37,103 bases of DNA from Octopus bimaculoides (GCF_001194135.2 NC_068987.1:1705456-1742558), one strand, 5' to 3'. Positions 25,383-36,644 are shown, counted from the stretch's first letter. Numbers and translations are program-made. The notes: a model not told the origin generated them from the sequence alone.

Positions 25383-26169
25383 GTATACACACATGCTTAT
25401 ATTCGTGTAGTGATGTTAACGATAAAGAGAATCTTGAATGAGAGAGAAAGAAAGAGATAGAGAGATACAGATTGAACTCGTACACTGTGTGTGTGTGTAA
25501 ACGAGTGTTTCTGTGCGTGCGTGCATATGATGTGTGTCCGCGCGCGCGTGCATGATTCAGACATTGGTGGTGGGTTATAGTGGTAGCGCAGTATGGTGTC
25601 TGCAGGATAATCTAAATTTGTCCATGTCTTTAGTTGGTTACCGTTATTTGTGTTTTATGCCTTACTCTCGAAACTTAAAGAGAATTCGTCTTCGGACGCT
25701 AGCTAATTCTTCATTTCAAATTACAGGTCTAAAATTAACTTTCGTCTTCATAAAACTGTCTGAAACAATTGAGAAAACCTGTATTTACCTGGCTGGTTCC
25801 CTCCACTCTTTTACTCATCCATACTTACCATCTCTGCTTCCATTCTTACCATTCCAACATGAATGATAGCCTTCCTATAGAACCATCATCTTCGATGTTT
25901 ACCTTTTCTTTTTTTTTTTTTTTTTTTTTTTTTGCTCTGCTCAGCTGATATACAAGATGGCGACGAAATATTTCTAGCCAGCATCACCGTAAACTAAACA
26001 GACACTGATTGATTATTTCTTCTTTTTCTTCTTCTTCATCTTCTTCTTCTTCTTCTTTGTCTACTACTACCACTACTACTGCTGCTTCGCTTTTCTCTTT
26101 TTCTTTCTTCTGTTCCTTTCCTTTATTGCCTCGCCAAGTATCATCATCATCGTCATCATTTCACTTTTG

Positions 26170-26340
26170 AGCCCACATGTGGTTGCTCCTCATGCTAGAA
26201 ATAACAGCACTATCACCTACAATCTACACTATACACTGTAATGTCTACAGAGAGGGACGCAGTGGATAACGTAATAGTGGATACGCAATGTTCCGGCGGA
26301 ATGATCATGGATGGAATGCCTTTAAGCATAGGTTCTTCTG
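26170..26340 (+). repeat. Degenerate dispersed repeat (probable SINE 3' part)
   Basis: CCTCATGCTAGAAATAACAGC...CATGGATGGAATGCCTTTAAGCATAGG resembles a common octopus repeat as I recall it. There is no full second copy in the window to confirm it. Confidence 0.35.
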
Positions 26341-26680
26341 AAGATTCTAGATATTTCCAGGATTCAAAGTAAACGAAGGAAGAGGACGTTTGTAGAAAAC
26401 AAAACCATATTTTCTACAGATTTTAATGAGGAACTAAACCGGAAGTGGTCATGAACGATGCCGAACATAGTTTGTCTATGAATACAAATGAAAATTACAG
26501 AGAGATATACGTAATAAACCGCCATAGAAAATCTAGAGTGTATTTTCTGGACTGGCCACGGAGAAAGTAAACTTGCCGAAAGGATGCGAGCGTTTACGGA
26601 CGGGAAGAAGAATATGAGAATTAAAAGAAAAGAAGGAAATACACACTACACACACACGTGTATGTATGTATATATATATA

Positions 26681-26815
26681 AGCGTATAAATCTATATTTG
26701 CATCCATCTGTACATATATATATGTATGTATATATATATATATATATATATAAGCGGATAAATCTATATTTGCATCCATCTCTACATATATATATATATA
26801 TGTATGTATATATGT
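26681..26815. repeat. Two-copy tandem duplication, period 72 bp, built around (TA)n
   Basis: AGCG(T/G)ATAAATCTATATTTGCATCCATCT(G/C)TACATATAT occurs at 26681 and 26753. The copies differ by two substitutions and have no gap between them. Confidence 0.9.
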
Positions 26816-26857
26816 AGTTATAGTATATTCTGTTAAAAACGAAGTATTCTTTTCTCC

Positions 26858-27420
26858 TTTTATTTTTTTTTGTCATTTGACTGTGGCCATGCTGCAGCAT
26901 CGCATTTAGTCAAACAAATCGACCCCAGGATTTATTTTTGTACTTANNNNNNNNNNNNNNNNNNNNNNNNNNNNNNNNNNNNNNNNNNNNNNNNNNNNNN
27001 NNNNNNNNNNNNNNNNNNNNNNNNNNNNNNNNNNNNNNNNNNNNNNNNNNNNNNNNNNNNNNNNNNNNNNNNNNNNNNNNNNNNNNNNNNNNNNNNNNNN
27101 NNNNNNNNNNNNNNNNNNNNNNNNNNNNNNNNNNNNNNNNNNNNNNNNNNNNNNNNNNNNNNNNNNNNNNNNNNNNNNNNNNNNNNNNNNNNNNNNNNNN
27201 NNNNNNNNNNNNNNNNNNNNNNNNNNNNNNNNNNNNNNNNNNNNNNNNNNNNNNNNNNNNNNNNNNNNNNNNNNNNNNNNNNNNNNNNNNNNNNNNNNNN
27301 NNNNNNNNNNNNNNNNNNNNNNNNNNNNNNGACACTTGCCCAAGGTGCCATGCAGTGGGACTGAACCCGGAACCATGTGGTTGGTAAGCAAGCTTCTAGC
27401 TACACAGCCACGCCTGCGCC
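26858..27420 (-). mobile_element. Type A SINE spanning a gap (head 27331-27420, tail 26858-26946)
   Basis: The head GGCGCAGGCGTGGCTGTGTAGCTAGAAGCTTGCTTACCAACCACATGGTTCCGGGTTCAGTCCCACTGCATGGCACCTTGGGCAAGTGTC matches 3929-4013. The tail matches 4027-4090 in the same relative orientation. Confidence 0.8.
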
Positions 27421-28034
27421 TACACACACATATATATGTATGTATTATATATTATATACATATATACCTGTGTATATATGCAGGTATACGCTCACACACA
27501 CACATACATACACACACATACATACATACACACATCCATATATACATACATACATACAAACAAAAATCCCCACCTATTCACACACCATATTTATTGAAGA
27601 GAAAATATAAATACATTTCAGAAACTGATACCATCTCAAGTCTCTGATGATAATATTTTTTAAAAATATAACAGCGTATTATTTGGATTAAAATATTGTC
27701 TTAACCTAAATCGTACATATTTGAAGGATGAAAAGGATTCAGATAAAATCCCTAAAAATAACTTTGTGTTTGGAACAAATTTGGAAAAATGTTCGATATA
27801 AACATGACACTAAATTCCCACTCCGCCTATACATACATGTGTGCGTGCATGTGTGTGTGAGGGTGTGTGTGTGCATGCGTGCGTACATACATACATACAT
27901 ACATACATACATGTGCATATTTAGATAAATACAATCGCGTGCGCGTAAGGATAAAAATAAAATTGACAATGCAGGAAGAACAATATTTGACAAAAATTAC
28001 AATTCTAGGTTTGTGAATTGGAGGGTAAATTCGG

Positions 28035-28062
28035 AACGTTTCGGACGTTGCTCCTTCATCAA
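28035..28062 (-). ncRNA. Degenerate minimal hammerhead-ribozyme-like motif (Penelope/retrozyme type)
   Basis: The minus strand reads UUGAUGA-A-GGA-GCAACG-UCC-GAAAC-GUU. It has the core boxes (U replaces C3), a 3-bp stem II and a palindromic AACGUU stem III. I could not find a stem I. Confidence 0.35.
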
Positions 28063-28155
28063 ATAAAGGGAAGCGTAGAGAGTGATAGAAAAATATATAA
28101 AACAAATAGTGAATTTATGGAGGTGAAATATTTTTTAAAATACTGAAAATAGCTG

Positions 28156-28355
28156 TCACAAGACCAGGGATTTCGAGTGATGAGATAAGTCGATTATATA
28201 GCCTCAGTGCTCCACTGGTACTTAATTCATTGACCCCCGAGAGGATGAAAGGCTAAGTTTACATCGATGGGGGTCTGTACTCAGAAAGTAAATTCAGACG
28301 AAATGCCGCTAACCATTTTGCTCATCCTGCTAACGAGTCTGCCAACTCGCCGCCT
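28156..28355 (-). mobile_element. tRNA-derived SINE (type B), copy 1
   Basis: Minus-strand head AGGCGGCGAGTTGGCAGACTCGTTAGC. The body ACTGGTACTTAATT...GATGAAAGGC...ACTCAGAA...GACGAAAT aligns with copy 2 at 28408-28571. Confidence 0.8.
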
Positions 28356-28371
28356 GAACAACAACAACAAC

Positions 28372-28407
<36 letters not shown>

Positions 28408-28571
28408 CCTTTCAATTGAAGGCACAAGATCTTGAAATTATGGGGGACGGGACTAGTTGATCCATCAACCCCAGTATTTCACTGGTACTTAATTTATTGA
28501 TCCTGAATGATGAAAGGCAAAGTCGACCACGGTGGAATTTGAACTCAGAACGTAGTGACGGACGAAATACC
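28408..28571 (-). mobile_element. tRNA-derived SINE (type B), copy 2, 5'-truncated, with (ATT)n/(GTT)n tail at 28357-28407
   Basis: Retains the B box GAGTTCAAATTCC on the minus strand and aligns with copy 1. Its microsatellite tail abuts the head of copy 1. Confidence 0.8.
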
Positions 28572-28574
28572 CTT

Positions 28575-28845
28575 ATTTCTAGCATTAACTTCAGCGTTTA
28601 GTATTAGTCAAACTCTTTTGTAATACTCTCCCCTAATTTTCTTTTTCATTTCTGTGTCATGTATTTAACTGTTTCGTCTCTTCCCAGATATTTGCGTGGG
28701 TGTCTGTGGTCTAATTCTCTACTTTCTGTGGTGTCTATATCGAGCGCAGTGTTTTCAGTGTTGAATGATTTGCCTCTTCTCAGTGTGATTCCGGCACATT
28801 TGTCCAGCCCCATGCTCATTGCTATGTCATGACTAACAATCTGAT
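28575..28845 (-). mobile_element. R4/Dong-like non-LTR retrotransposon RT fragment (dead)
   Basis: The minus strand reads IVSHDIAMSMGLDKCAGITLRRGKSFNTEN...PRKYLG, then after a frameshift MKKKIRGEYYKRV*LILNAEVNARNK. This matches the R4/Dong pattern FS.DIGM.FGLDKCA.....RGK...KYLG...MKEKI.KEY.RR.R.IL.SELN.KNK. Confidence 0.8.
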
Positions 28846-28874
28846 AAAGGGTACAAAACGCTCATGCATCACAA

Positions 28875-29095
28875 CCATACGTGCGTGACATGGTGATCTC
28901 ATATCAAGATAAACAGCGCATGACCTTCCAGGTGGGGCCCAGTTAGAATGTTCTTCTGGTCGAGTAGCCCATCCCGCTCAATAAGGTCCCTGAATAAGGT
29001 TTGTTTAAGGATGTAAATAAAACATCTATGTTTCCAAAGTTGAATTATTCAAACTTGAAAGAATTCCTCTCAACACATGGCTATGATGCTCCCCA
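28875..29095. repeat. Dispersed repeat of unknown class
   Basis: ATCAAGATAAACAGCGCATGACCTT...GGGGCCCAGTTAGAA...GAGTAGCCCATCCCGCTCAA...GGTCCCTGAATAAGG...CAACACATGGCTATGATGCTCCCC resembles a frequent octopus repeat as I recall it. It is single-copy here and therefore unverified. Confidence 0.4.
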
Positions 29096-29818
29096 TCTTT
29101 GCTTATTATCCATGTGCATGTATGCTTGTTTGTTCATATGTGTGTGCGCGTGTGTGTATGTCCCCGTGTGTATGTATGTACAGATAGATAGATAGATAGA
29201 GTTGTAAGTATGTATTTACGTAGGTACATGCACTTACTTTTAGACACACACACACACACACATCTATAATTTATATGTTAACCATCCCCGTCTTCGTGCC
29301 AGCGAGTGTAAATCTGCGTTTTAAGTAGAATCACTTATTCTTTTCAAATTTTTGACAAAACAATTTTCAACAGAAGCAAAATCCAATAAGAAACGTAAAG
29401 AGCTACACACACACACATACACACACACACACATATGTATATGCATAAGGAAAGAGAGAGACGGGGAGAGGGAAGGAAGGAGAGATACACACACACACAC
29501 ACACATACATACGCATATATATATATATATATACATGCATACGAAAATATGTACACATACGGGTAGATATATTTATGTGTGTGTGTGTGTGTGTCTGTCT
29601 GTATACACATGTGCATTCAAGTTTATATATGTATATACAGAGATACATATATGTATAAATGTAAACAAACCTCCCCTCCATATGTGTGTGTGCGTATTCC
29701 CTTGTTGCGTATCAGTTGTAATATCATCATATTCATAAATTTGTTTTGTTATATTTTACTTCCGTCTCCTTCCCATTCTTTCTCTCTCCCCGTCTCTCTC
29801 TCTCTTTGTACATGTACT

Positions 29819-29869
<51 letters not shown>

Positions 29870-30493
29870 CTTCCTCTTTCACTATTTACCTTTATCTCTC
29901 TGTTTCACACTTAGTCTCGTACACAACCTATTCTTTCGTTGAAATTCTAGCTCACCGAAGAGCACCTAAACCATTTATCACGTCCACCCCTCGTTCTCCT
30001 CCTCTTCCTCCTCCTCCTCCTCCTCCTTCTACTACTACTACTACTACCACCACCACCACCACCACCNNNNNNNNNNNNNNNNNNNNNNNNNNNNNNNNNN
30101 NNNNNNNNNNNNNNNNNNNNNNNNNNNNNNNNNNNNNNNNNNNNNNNNNNNNNNNNNNNNNNNNNNNNNNNNNNNNNNNNNNNNNNNNNNNNNNNNNNNN
30201 NNNNNNNNNNNNNNNNNNNNNNNNNNNNNNNNNNNNNNNNNNNNNNNNNNNNNNNNNNNNNNNNNNNNNNNNNNNNNNNNNNNNNNNNNNNNNNNNNNNN
30301 NNNNNNNNNNNNNNNNNNNNNNNNNNNNNNNNNNNNNNNNNNNNNNNNNNNNNNNNNNNNNNNNNNNNNNNNNNNNNNNNNNNNNNNNNNNNNNNNNNNN
30401 NNNNNNNNNNNNNNNNNNNNNNNNNNNNNNNNNNNNNNNNNNNNNNNNNNNNNNNNNNNNNNNNNNNNNNNNNTATATATATACATATACATA

Positions 30494-30745
30494 TACAGGG
30501 TGCGGTGAATAAACTGTCGTGTAAATTACCCAAAAATGAAAATGACACTGACATCTCATTTTAATATATATAATTACCACATCTCACCTAACATCTGGTC
30601 ACCTAATTCCCCACAAAGCAATCCCCTTGATCGTGTGTGGGGCGTAGTTGAAAGAGACCAACAAAACTCCTTGTAAAACCAAAGACGACCTGAAGGCAAG
30701 GATTATGGTAGCATTCACCAATTTAAACAAGGAGACTATTCCTCG
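30494..30745 (+). mobile_element. Internally deleted Tc1/mariner-superfamily (maT/DD37D-like) element: one terminus plus transposase C-terminal remnant
   Basis: It begins TA|CAGGGTGCGGTGAATAAACTGTC, a typical Tc1/mariner end. 30578-30740 reads HISPNIWSPNSPQSNPLDRVWGVVER and, after a frameshift, ETNKTPCKTKDDLKARIMVAFTNLNKETI, similar to WPPNSPDLNPLDY.VWG. No matching second TIR is visible. Confidence 0.75.
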
Positions 30746-32990
30746 GAGATGTATACCCTCTTCCGACAATGAGTGATCATTCTTTCGATCAACTGAGCTT
30801 CTCGGTTCATGGAGTTACCATGTATGGTGACGAGTATTGCTCAGAGATGTATATCCTCAATGAAATCTTTTTGTGGAATTAGCCTGACATTGTGTATGAT
30901 ACAACTGGATTTTTTTTATGCTGAGGCTATAGATAGTAACATTTGCTCAATGCGTCACACGTCAGAATTGAAACCGACACATTATCACCGCGACGTGAAT
31001 TTCTTAGTCATTCGCCGATACGTCGACTACGTACTACACACGNNNNNNNNNNNNNNNNNNNNNNNNNNNNNNNNNNNNNNNNNNNNNNNNNNNNNNNNNN
31101 NNNNNNNNNNNNNNNNNNNNNNNNNNNNNNNNNNNNNNNNNNNNNNNNNNNNNNNNNNNNNNNNNNNNNNNNNNNNNNNNNNNNNNNNNNNNNNNNNNNN
31201 NNNNNNNNNNNNNNNNNNNNNNNNNNNNNNNNNNNNNNNNNNNNNNNNNNNNNNNNNNNNNNNNNNNNNNNNNNNNNNNNNNNNNNNNNNNNNNNNNNNN
31301 NNNNNNNNNNNNNNNNNNNNNNNNNNNNNNNNNNNNNNNNNNNNNNNNNNNNNNNNNNNNNNNNNNNNNNNNNNNNNNNNNNNNNNNNNNNNNNNNNNNN
31401 NNNNNNNNNNNNNNNNNNNNNNNNNNNNNNNNNNNNNNNNNNNNNNNNNNNNNNNNNNNNNNNNNNNNNNNNNNNNNNNNNNNNNNNNNNNNNNNNNNNN
31501 NNNNNNNNNNNNNNNNNNNNNNNNNNNNNNNNNNNNNNNNNNNNNNNNNNNNNNNNNNNNNNNNNNNNNNNNNNNNNNNNNNNNNNNNNNNNNNNNNNNN
31601 NNNNNNNNNNNNNNNNNNNNNNNNNNNNNNNNNNNNNNNNNNNNNNNNNNNNNNNNNNNNNNNNNNNNNNNNNNNNNNNNNNNNNNNNNNNNNNNNNNNN
31701 NNNNNNNNNNNNNNNNNNNNNNNNNNNNNNNNNNNNNNNNNNNNNNNNNNNNNNNNNNNNNNNNNNNNNNNNNNNNNNNNNNNNNNNNNNNNNNNNNNNN
31801 NNNNNNNNNNNNNNNNNNNNNNNNNNNNNNNNNNNNNNNNNNNNNNNNNNNNNNNNNNNNNNNNNNNNNNNNNNNNNNNNTATATATATATATACACACA
31901 CATACACACACACACATATTTATATATATATATATATACACAAAAAGACATGCATATATGTATGCATACATACACACACGCATACATACATACATACATA
32001 CATACATACATAAAGATTAATGGAGTAATGCTTAAGCATGAAAAACTTTCAATATTTAGTGCTCCATAAATTACATTATGATGAAATCAGAAAATTCATG
32101 TTTCACGAAATCATAAATAAAGTCTTCCTTACGTTCCGAATAATTATAACCATAAGTGTAATTACATAACTATGATTGTTATTAATATTTCACGTAAGAA
32201 TTATTGAAACGGGTGTAGGAAGTAAATATTGTAATTATCATTGATATTGTCCTTCGTTGTTCTCTATATACATATTTACATACATGCGCACGTGTCTGTG
32301 TGTATGTGTGTGTGTGTGTATGTGTGTGTGTGTGTATGTGTGTGTGTACGTATAGTTTATTTTGGTCTATACTGTTTCTTGCTACTCTGACACTAACTAA
32401 ACATGTTAATCTTTTGTATGATATTCAGTTCCCTTTTACAGAAAGTTAACACTAAACACATACACGCACATACACAGACAAACACACACACATTCATACA
32501 TGCATATTATGCATGAAAAGATATATACACATATACATATGTGAGGTGGGGTATATGGATTTGAAAGCATATCAGGACACTAAGATATCGTTTATATATA
32601 TATATCTATGTATGTATATATACACTCACAGATATACCTATATATAGATATACCTGTTTTGCCGTCTGCCATCTAAACCTGGGACAGCCCAAACCATTCG
32701 AAGATTCCATGAATACATGTTATGCTAGCAATTAATTAAACTTTAATTCAACAGATATTTCTATTTAATGAGACATATTAATATTCCGCCCAAGTAAATA
32801 TTCTCTTACTAGATTAGCAATAACACATGGGACGGATTGCAACGAGATAAAATTAAAGAGGAGCAAATAAATATAAAACATGTCAGATGGTTTGTAAACG
32901 GAAGATTGACAAACATGTAAGATAATTACTAAAAATAAATGAAATATTTTCATAATTTGTAAATTGAAAATAAATAAATAGATAGTGATG

Positions 32991-33032
<42 letters not shown>

Positions 33033-33739
33033 GTAATAATAATAATAGTAATAATAATAATAGTAATAATAATAATAATAATAATAATAGTAATAATAGT
33101 TTTAGAGAGGTAAATCGTTGCCGTTAAATGTGTAATAATGAATATTGCACAAAATAAATTTACCTCATCATTTACGTTATTTGCCTGAATGATAGTAACT
33201 GATATCATGAGCGTGTATTTCAAAGATAAACCTCCATTTATATGATGGTGCTTCATATGTGCGCGAACGCTTGTGTAACTATGGGTCAGTGTGTATGTGT
33301 AAGTATACAGTCATTATCATTATTTCTGTTCTTATTATTATTTTGATTTGGTTCAGGTTCGGTCTTATTGCTGGTATGAATTATGTGGACAGTGGTTAGT
33401 TACTACCTGTAATCTTAGGCATCCACAAGTTTTCCTATTATTATTATTGAAAATGGACAGTATAGATATAGTTTGAAGATATTGTGTGTACCGGGGGTTT
33501 GTACTGTCTGTCAAGTCCCAACAAGCACCTCAGACAGGCAGTATTTTACGCAGAATAAGCTCAGTTTTAAGTAAAGCCAAGTTTTGCAATACACCAAGAT
33601 TGCAAGATATCTCTAAAGCATTGGGTTTTGACTTCAAGAGTAATTTGAGGTACTTCAAATATGTCTTTCATTTCTCTATGCAAAATATTGTCCAGTTCCA
33701 GTATCCCAAGTTACTTGTACACAATATCAGATTGAGGTT

Positions 33740-34605
33740 CCTAGGCGATGCCCATCAACGTCTAAGACAAATGTGAAAACTTCAACCATTTCTAAAGATG
33801 TTTCTGGCGAGCCGACGAGTGACCATTGGTGAGATGGCATGTTTTCTGAAAATTAGTAATGACTCTGCATACGAAATCATTCACAAAAAGCTTCACTTTC
33901 GTAAACTTTGTGAGAGATGGGAACCAAGATAGTTTACTGAAGCGCCTTAGCGCAACGGAGAGGAGATCTGTCAAAGCTTAATCAACCGCTATAACGATGA
34001 AGATGAAGCTCATTTGAGAAGAATAGTCACAGGAGATGAGACCTGGGCCCATCATTTTCAGCCAAAGTCAAAAGACAGAGTATGGAATGGTAATACCCAG
34101 AATCGCCAGCGAAACAAAAATTCGAGACTCAATCTTCCCCAGAAAAAGTAACCCTAACAGTTTGTGGAGGACGCAAAATTACTTATATTGGAACATTATC
34201 TGAAAAAGTGGATATACAGTCACCAGCATAGGTTATCAACAAACTGTAACCAGCAATTCGCACCAAACACCGAGTTCTATTGCCAAACCAAGTGTTAATG
34301 GTGCACGAAAATTCATGCCCACATCCGACCGCCACACCGTCGAAACTATTGAAAAACTGGATGTCAGGTTGTTGCTGAAACACCCTATATACAATCCAGA
34401 TCTCTCCCCTTCCGACTGTTATCTCTTTTGACCGTTGAAACATCTTTTATGAGGTCGTCAATTTTGTATGGACGAAGAAGTGCAGGAAGCAGTGCATAAA
34501 TGGCTGCGCGACAAACCAATAAACCTGTCCGATGGAATAAATAAGCTTGAGAACCGCTGGAAGAAGTGCATCGAAAAGTAAGAAGACGTTGTCGAAAAAT
34601 TAGGT
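33740..34605 (+). pseudogene. Mariner (DD34D-type) transposase pseudogene
   Basis: Motifs occur in the expected order: RCPSTS (GRPSTS), RRVTI..MA..L.IS, KLCERWEPR (WVP motif), RIVTGDETW (34029-34046), VHENSCPH (HDNARPH), HPIYNPDLSPSDCYLF (34381 onward; YSPDLAP.D) and RWKKCIEK*EDVVEK. Multiple stops and frameshifts are present, and no TIRs were recognised. Confidence 0.92.
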
Positions 34606-35949
34606 AATTGCTCAGCGCTGGATTTTGTTTTAATAAATTACAGAAACAAATATATATTAATGTGTGAGCATAGCTTTTCTATTTTGCACTTCGTCCCACA
34701 ATTTCCAAATATATTTTCTTACGCTCAAAAGACACTATATCTCATTTTAATTTTAATAATTTCAATGTTTGACGTTCGGCCTTCTACAACCCTGAAGACC
34801 ATGTTTGTTCTCGGACTATTTGCTAATGGCAGCCAACAATGTGCTGCCTACAATTGCCATACGACTACACAAAATATAAGAAACTGCTACTGTATCCTGT
34901 GCGTTATATAATGCAGGCACACTTTGGTATGGAAGCCAGCCGACCACGTAACACCATTGTTGTAGGAAAACAACTGTAAATGGTAAATATTTGTAGACCA
35001 GTGATGAGGAGTTGGCTGATGCGAGGTGGCAAATGCACAGTCACCTTTACACCGAAGATCAACGAAGCCACTGGATCAAGAAATAGTAACAATATGGAGA
35101 GCTAGAGAGAAGGGCCTTTCAATAATCGTTAAACAACAGATGACACTGAGAGAAGTTGAAGTGAAAAAGACCCTCTCACACTGCAAAAGTTACATAGTTC
35201 AGCAAATGTTTGCTAATAGAAAAATGAAAGATTCTTACATTTCAACGATCAAAACATGGCCGTCGAAATATGTTTTAAAATACCATTAGGAAGAGAACTT
35301 CCTTATATACACGTTTCAGTATACATATACACATACATACATACATACATACATACATGCATACGTATACAGATACATAGACACGCATTCACTAAGGAAA
35401 ACGCTTAAATATNNNNNNNNNNNNNNNNNNNNNNNNNNNNNNNNNNNNNNNNNNNNNNNNNNNNNNNNNNNNNNNNNNNNNNNNNNNNNNNNNNNNNNNN
35501 NNNNNNNNNNNNNNNNNNNNNNNNNNNNNNNNNNNNNNNNNNNNNNNNNNNNNNNNNNNNNNNNNNNNNNNNNNNNNNNNNNNNNNNNNNNNNNNNNNNN
35601 NNNNNNNNNNNNNNNNNNNNNNNNNNNNNNNNNNNNNNNNNNNNNNNNNNNNNNNNNNNNNNNNNNNNNNNNNNNNNNNNNNNNNNNNNNNNNNNNNNNN
35701 NNNNNNNNNNNNNNNNNNNNNNNNNNNNNNNNNNNNNNNNNNNNNNNNNNNNNNNNNNNNNNNNNNNNNNNNNNNNNNNNNNNNNNNNNNNNNNNNNNNN
35801 NNNNNNNNNNNNNNNNNNNNNNNNNNNNNNNNNNNNNNNNNNNNNNNNNNNNNNNNNNNNNNNNNNNNNNNNNNNNNNNNNNNNNNNNNNNNNNNNNNNN
35901 NNNNNNNNNNNNNNNNNNNNNNNNNNNNNNNNNNNNNNNNNNNNNNNNN

Positions 35950-35981
<32 letters not shown>

Positions 35982-36286
35982 TATAAGCGTATACATAAAG
36001 ATACAATTCTGCATACATACATGCATGCATATACACATAGACACACACACACACACACACACGCCAGCACATACACACTTACATACATACATACATGCCT
36101 GCATGCATAATACGCACACAGTGTGAAATAGAAAAGAAGGCCTCTATCCTCAAATAAAAACAGTTAACGTTAGAGATGTAGAAAGGAGGAGACGGACACA
36201 AACGTAGAAACACAGAGAATAGGTGACAAAGAGGGAGAGTAAATGACAAATGTATATGCAGTGTGTGTATGTGTATNNNNNNNNNN

Positions 36287-36335
<49 letters not shown>

Positions 36336-36644
36336 TATAAGCGTATACATAAAGATACAATTCTGCATACATACATGCATGCATATACACATAGACACAC
36401 ACACACACACACACACGCCAGCACATACACACTTACATACATACATACATGCCTGCATGCANNNNNNNNNNTGCATAATACGCACACAGTGTGAAATAGA
36501 AAAGAAGGCCTCTATCCTCAAATAAAAACAGTTAACGTTAGAGATGTAGAAAGGAGGAGACGGACACAAACGTAGAAACACAGAGAATAGGTGACAAAGA
36601 GGGAGAGTAAATGACAAATGTATATGCAGTGTGTGTATGTGTAT
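35950..36644. other. Probable assembly artefact: 35950-36276 is repeated as 36304-36461 plus 36472-36644
   Basis: The copies are identical by eye and are separated by 10-N placeholder gaps. The bases TGCA are duplicated on both sides of the 36462-36471 gap. Confidence 0.85.

Noticed and set aside
25780-25850. ATACTTACC / ATTTACCTGGC strings resembling the U1 snRNA 5' end
   Set aside because: Similarity does not extend beyond about 10 nt. These are just antisense donor-like motifs.
34990-35290. 87-aa plus ORF and a nearby RWQMHSHL..EDQRSHWIKK phrase resembling an RTE C-terminus
   Set aside because: The similarity is too weak to distinguish from chance.
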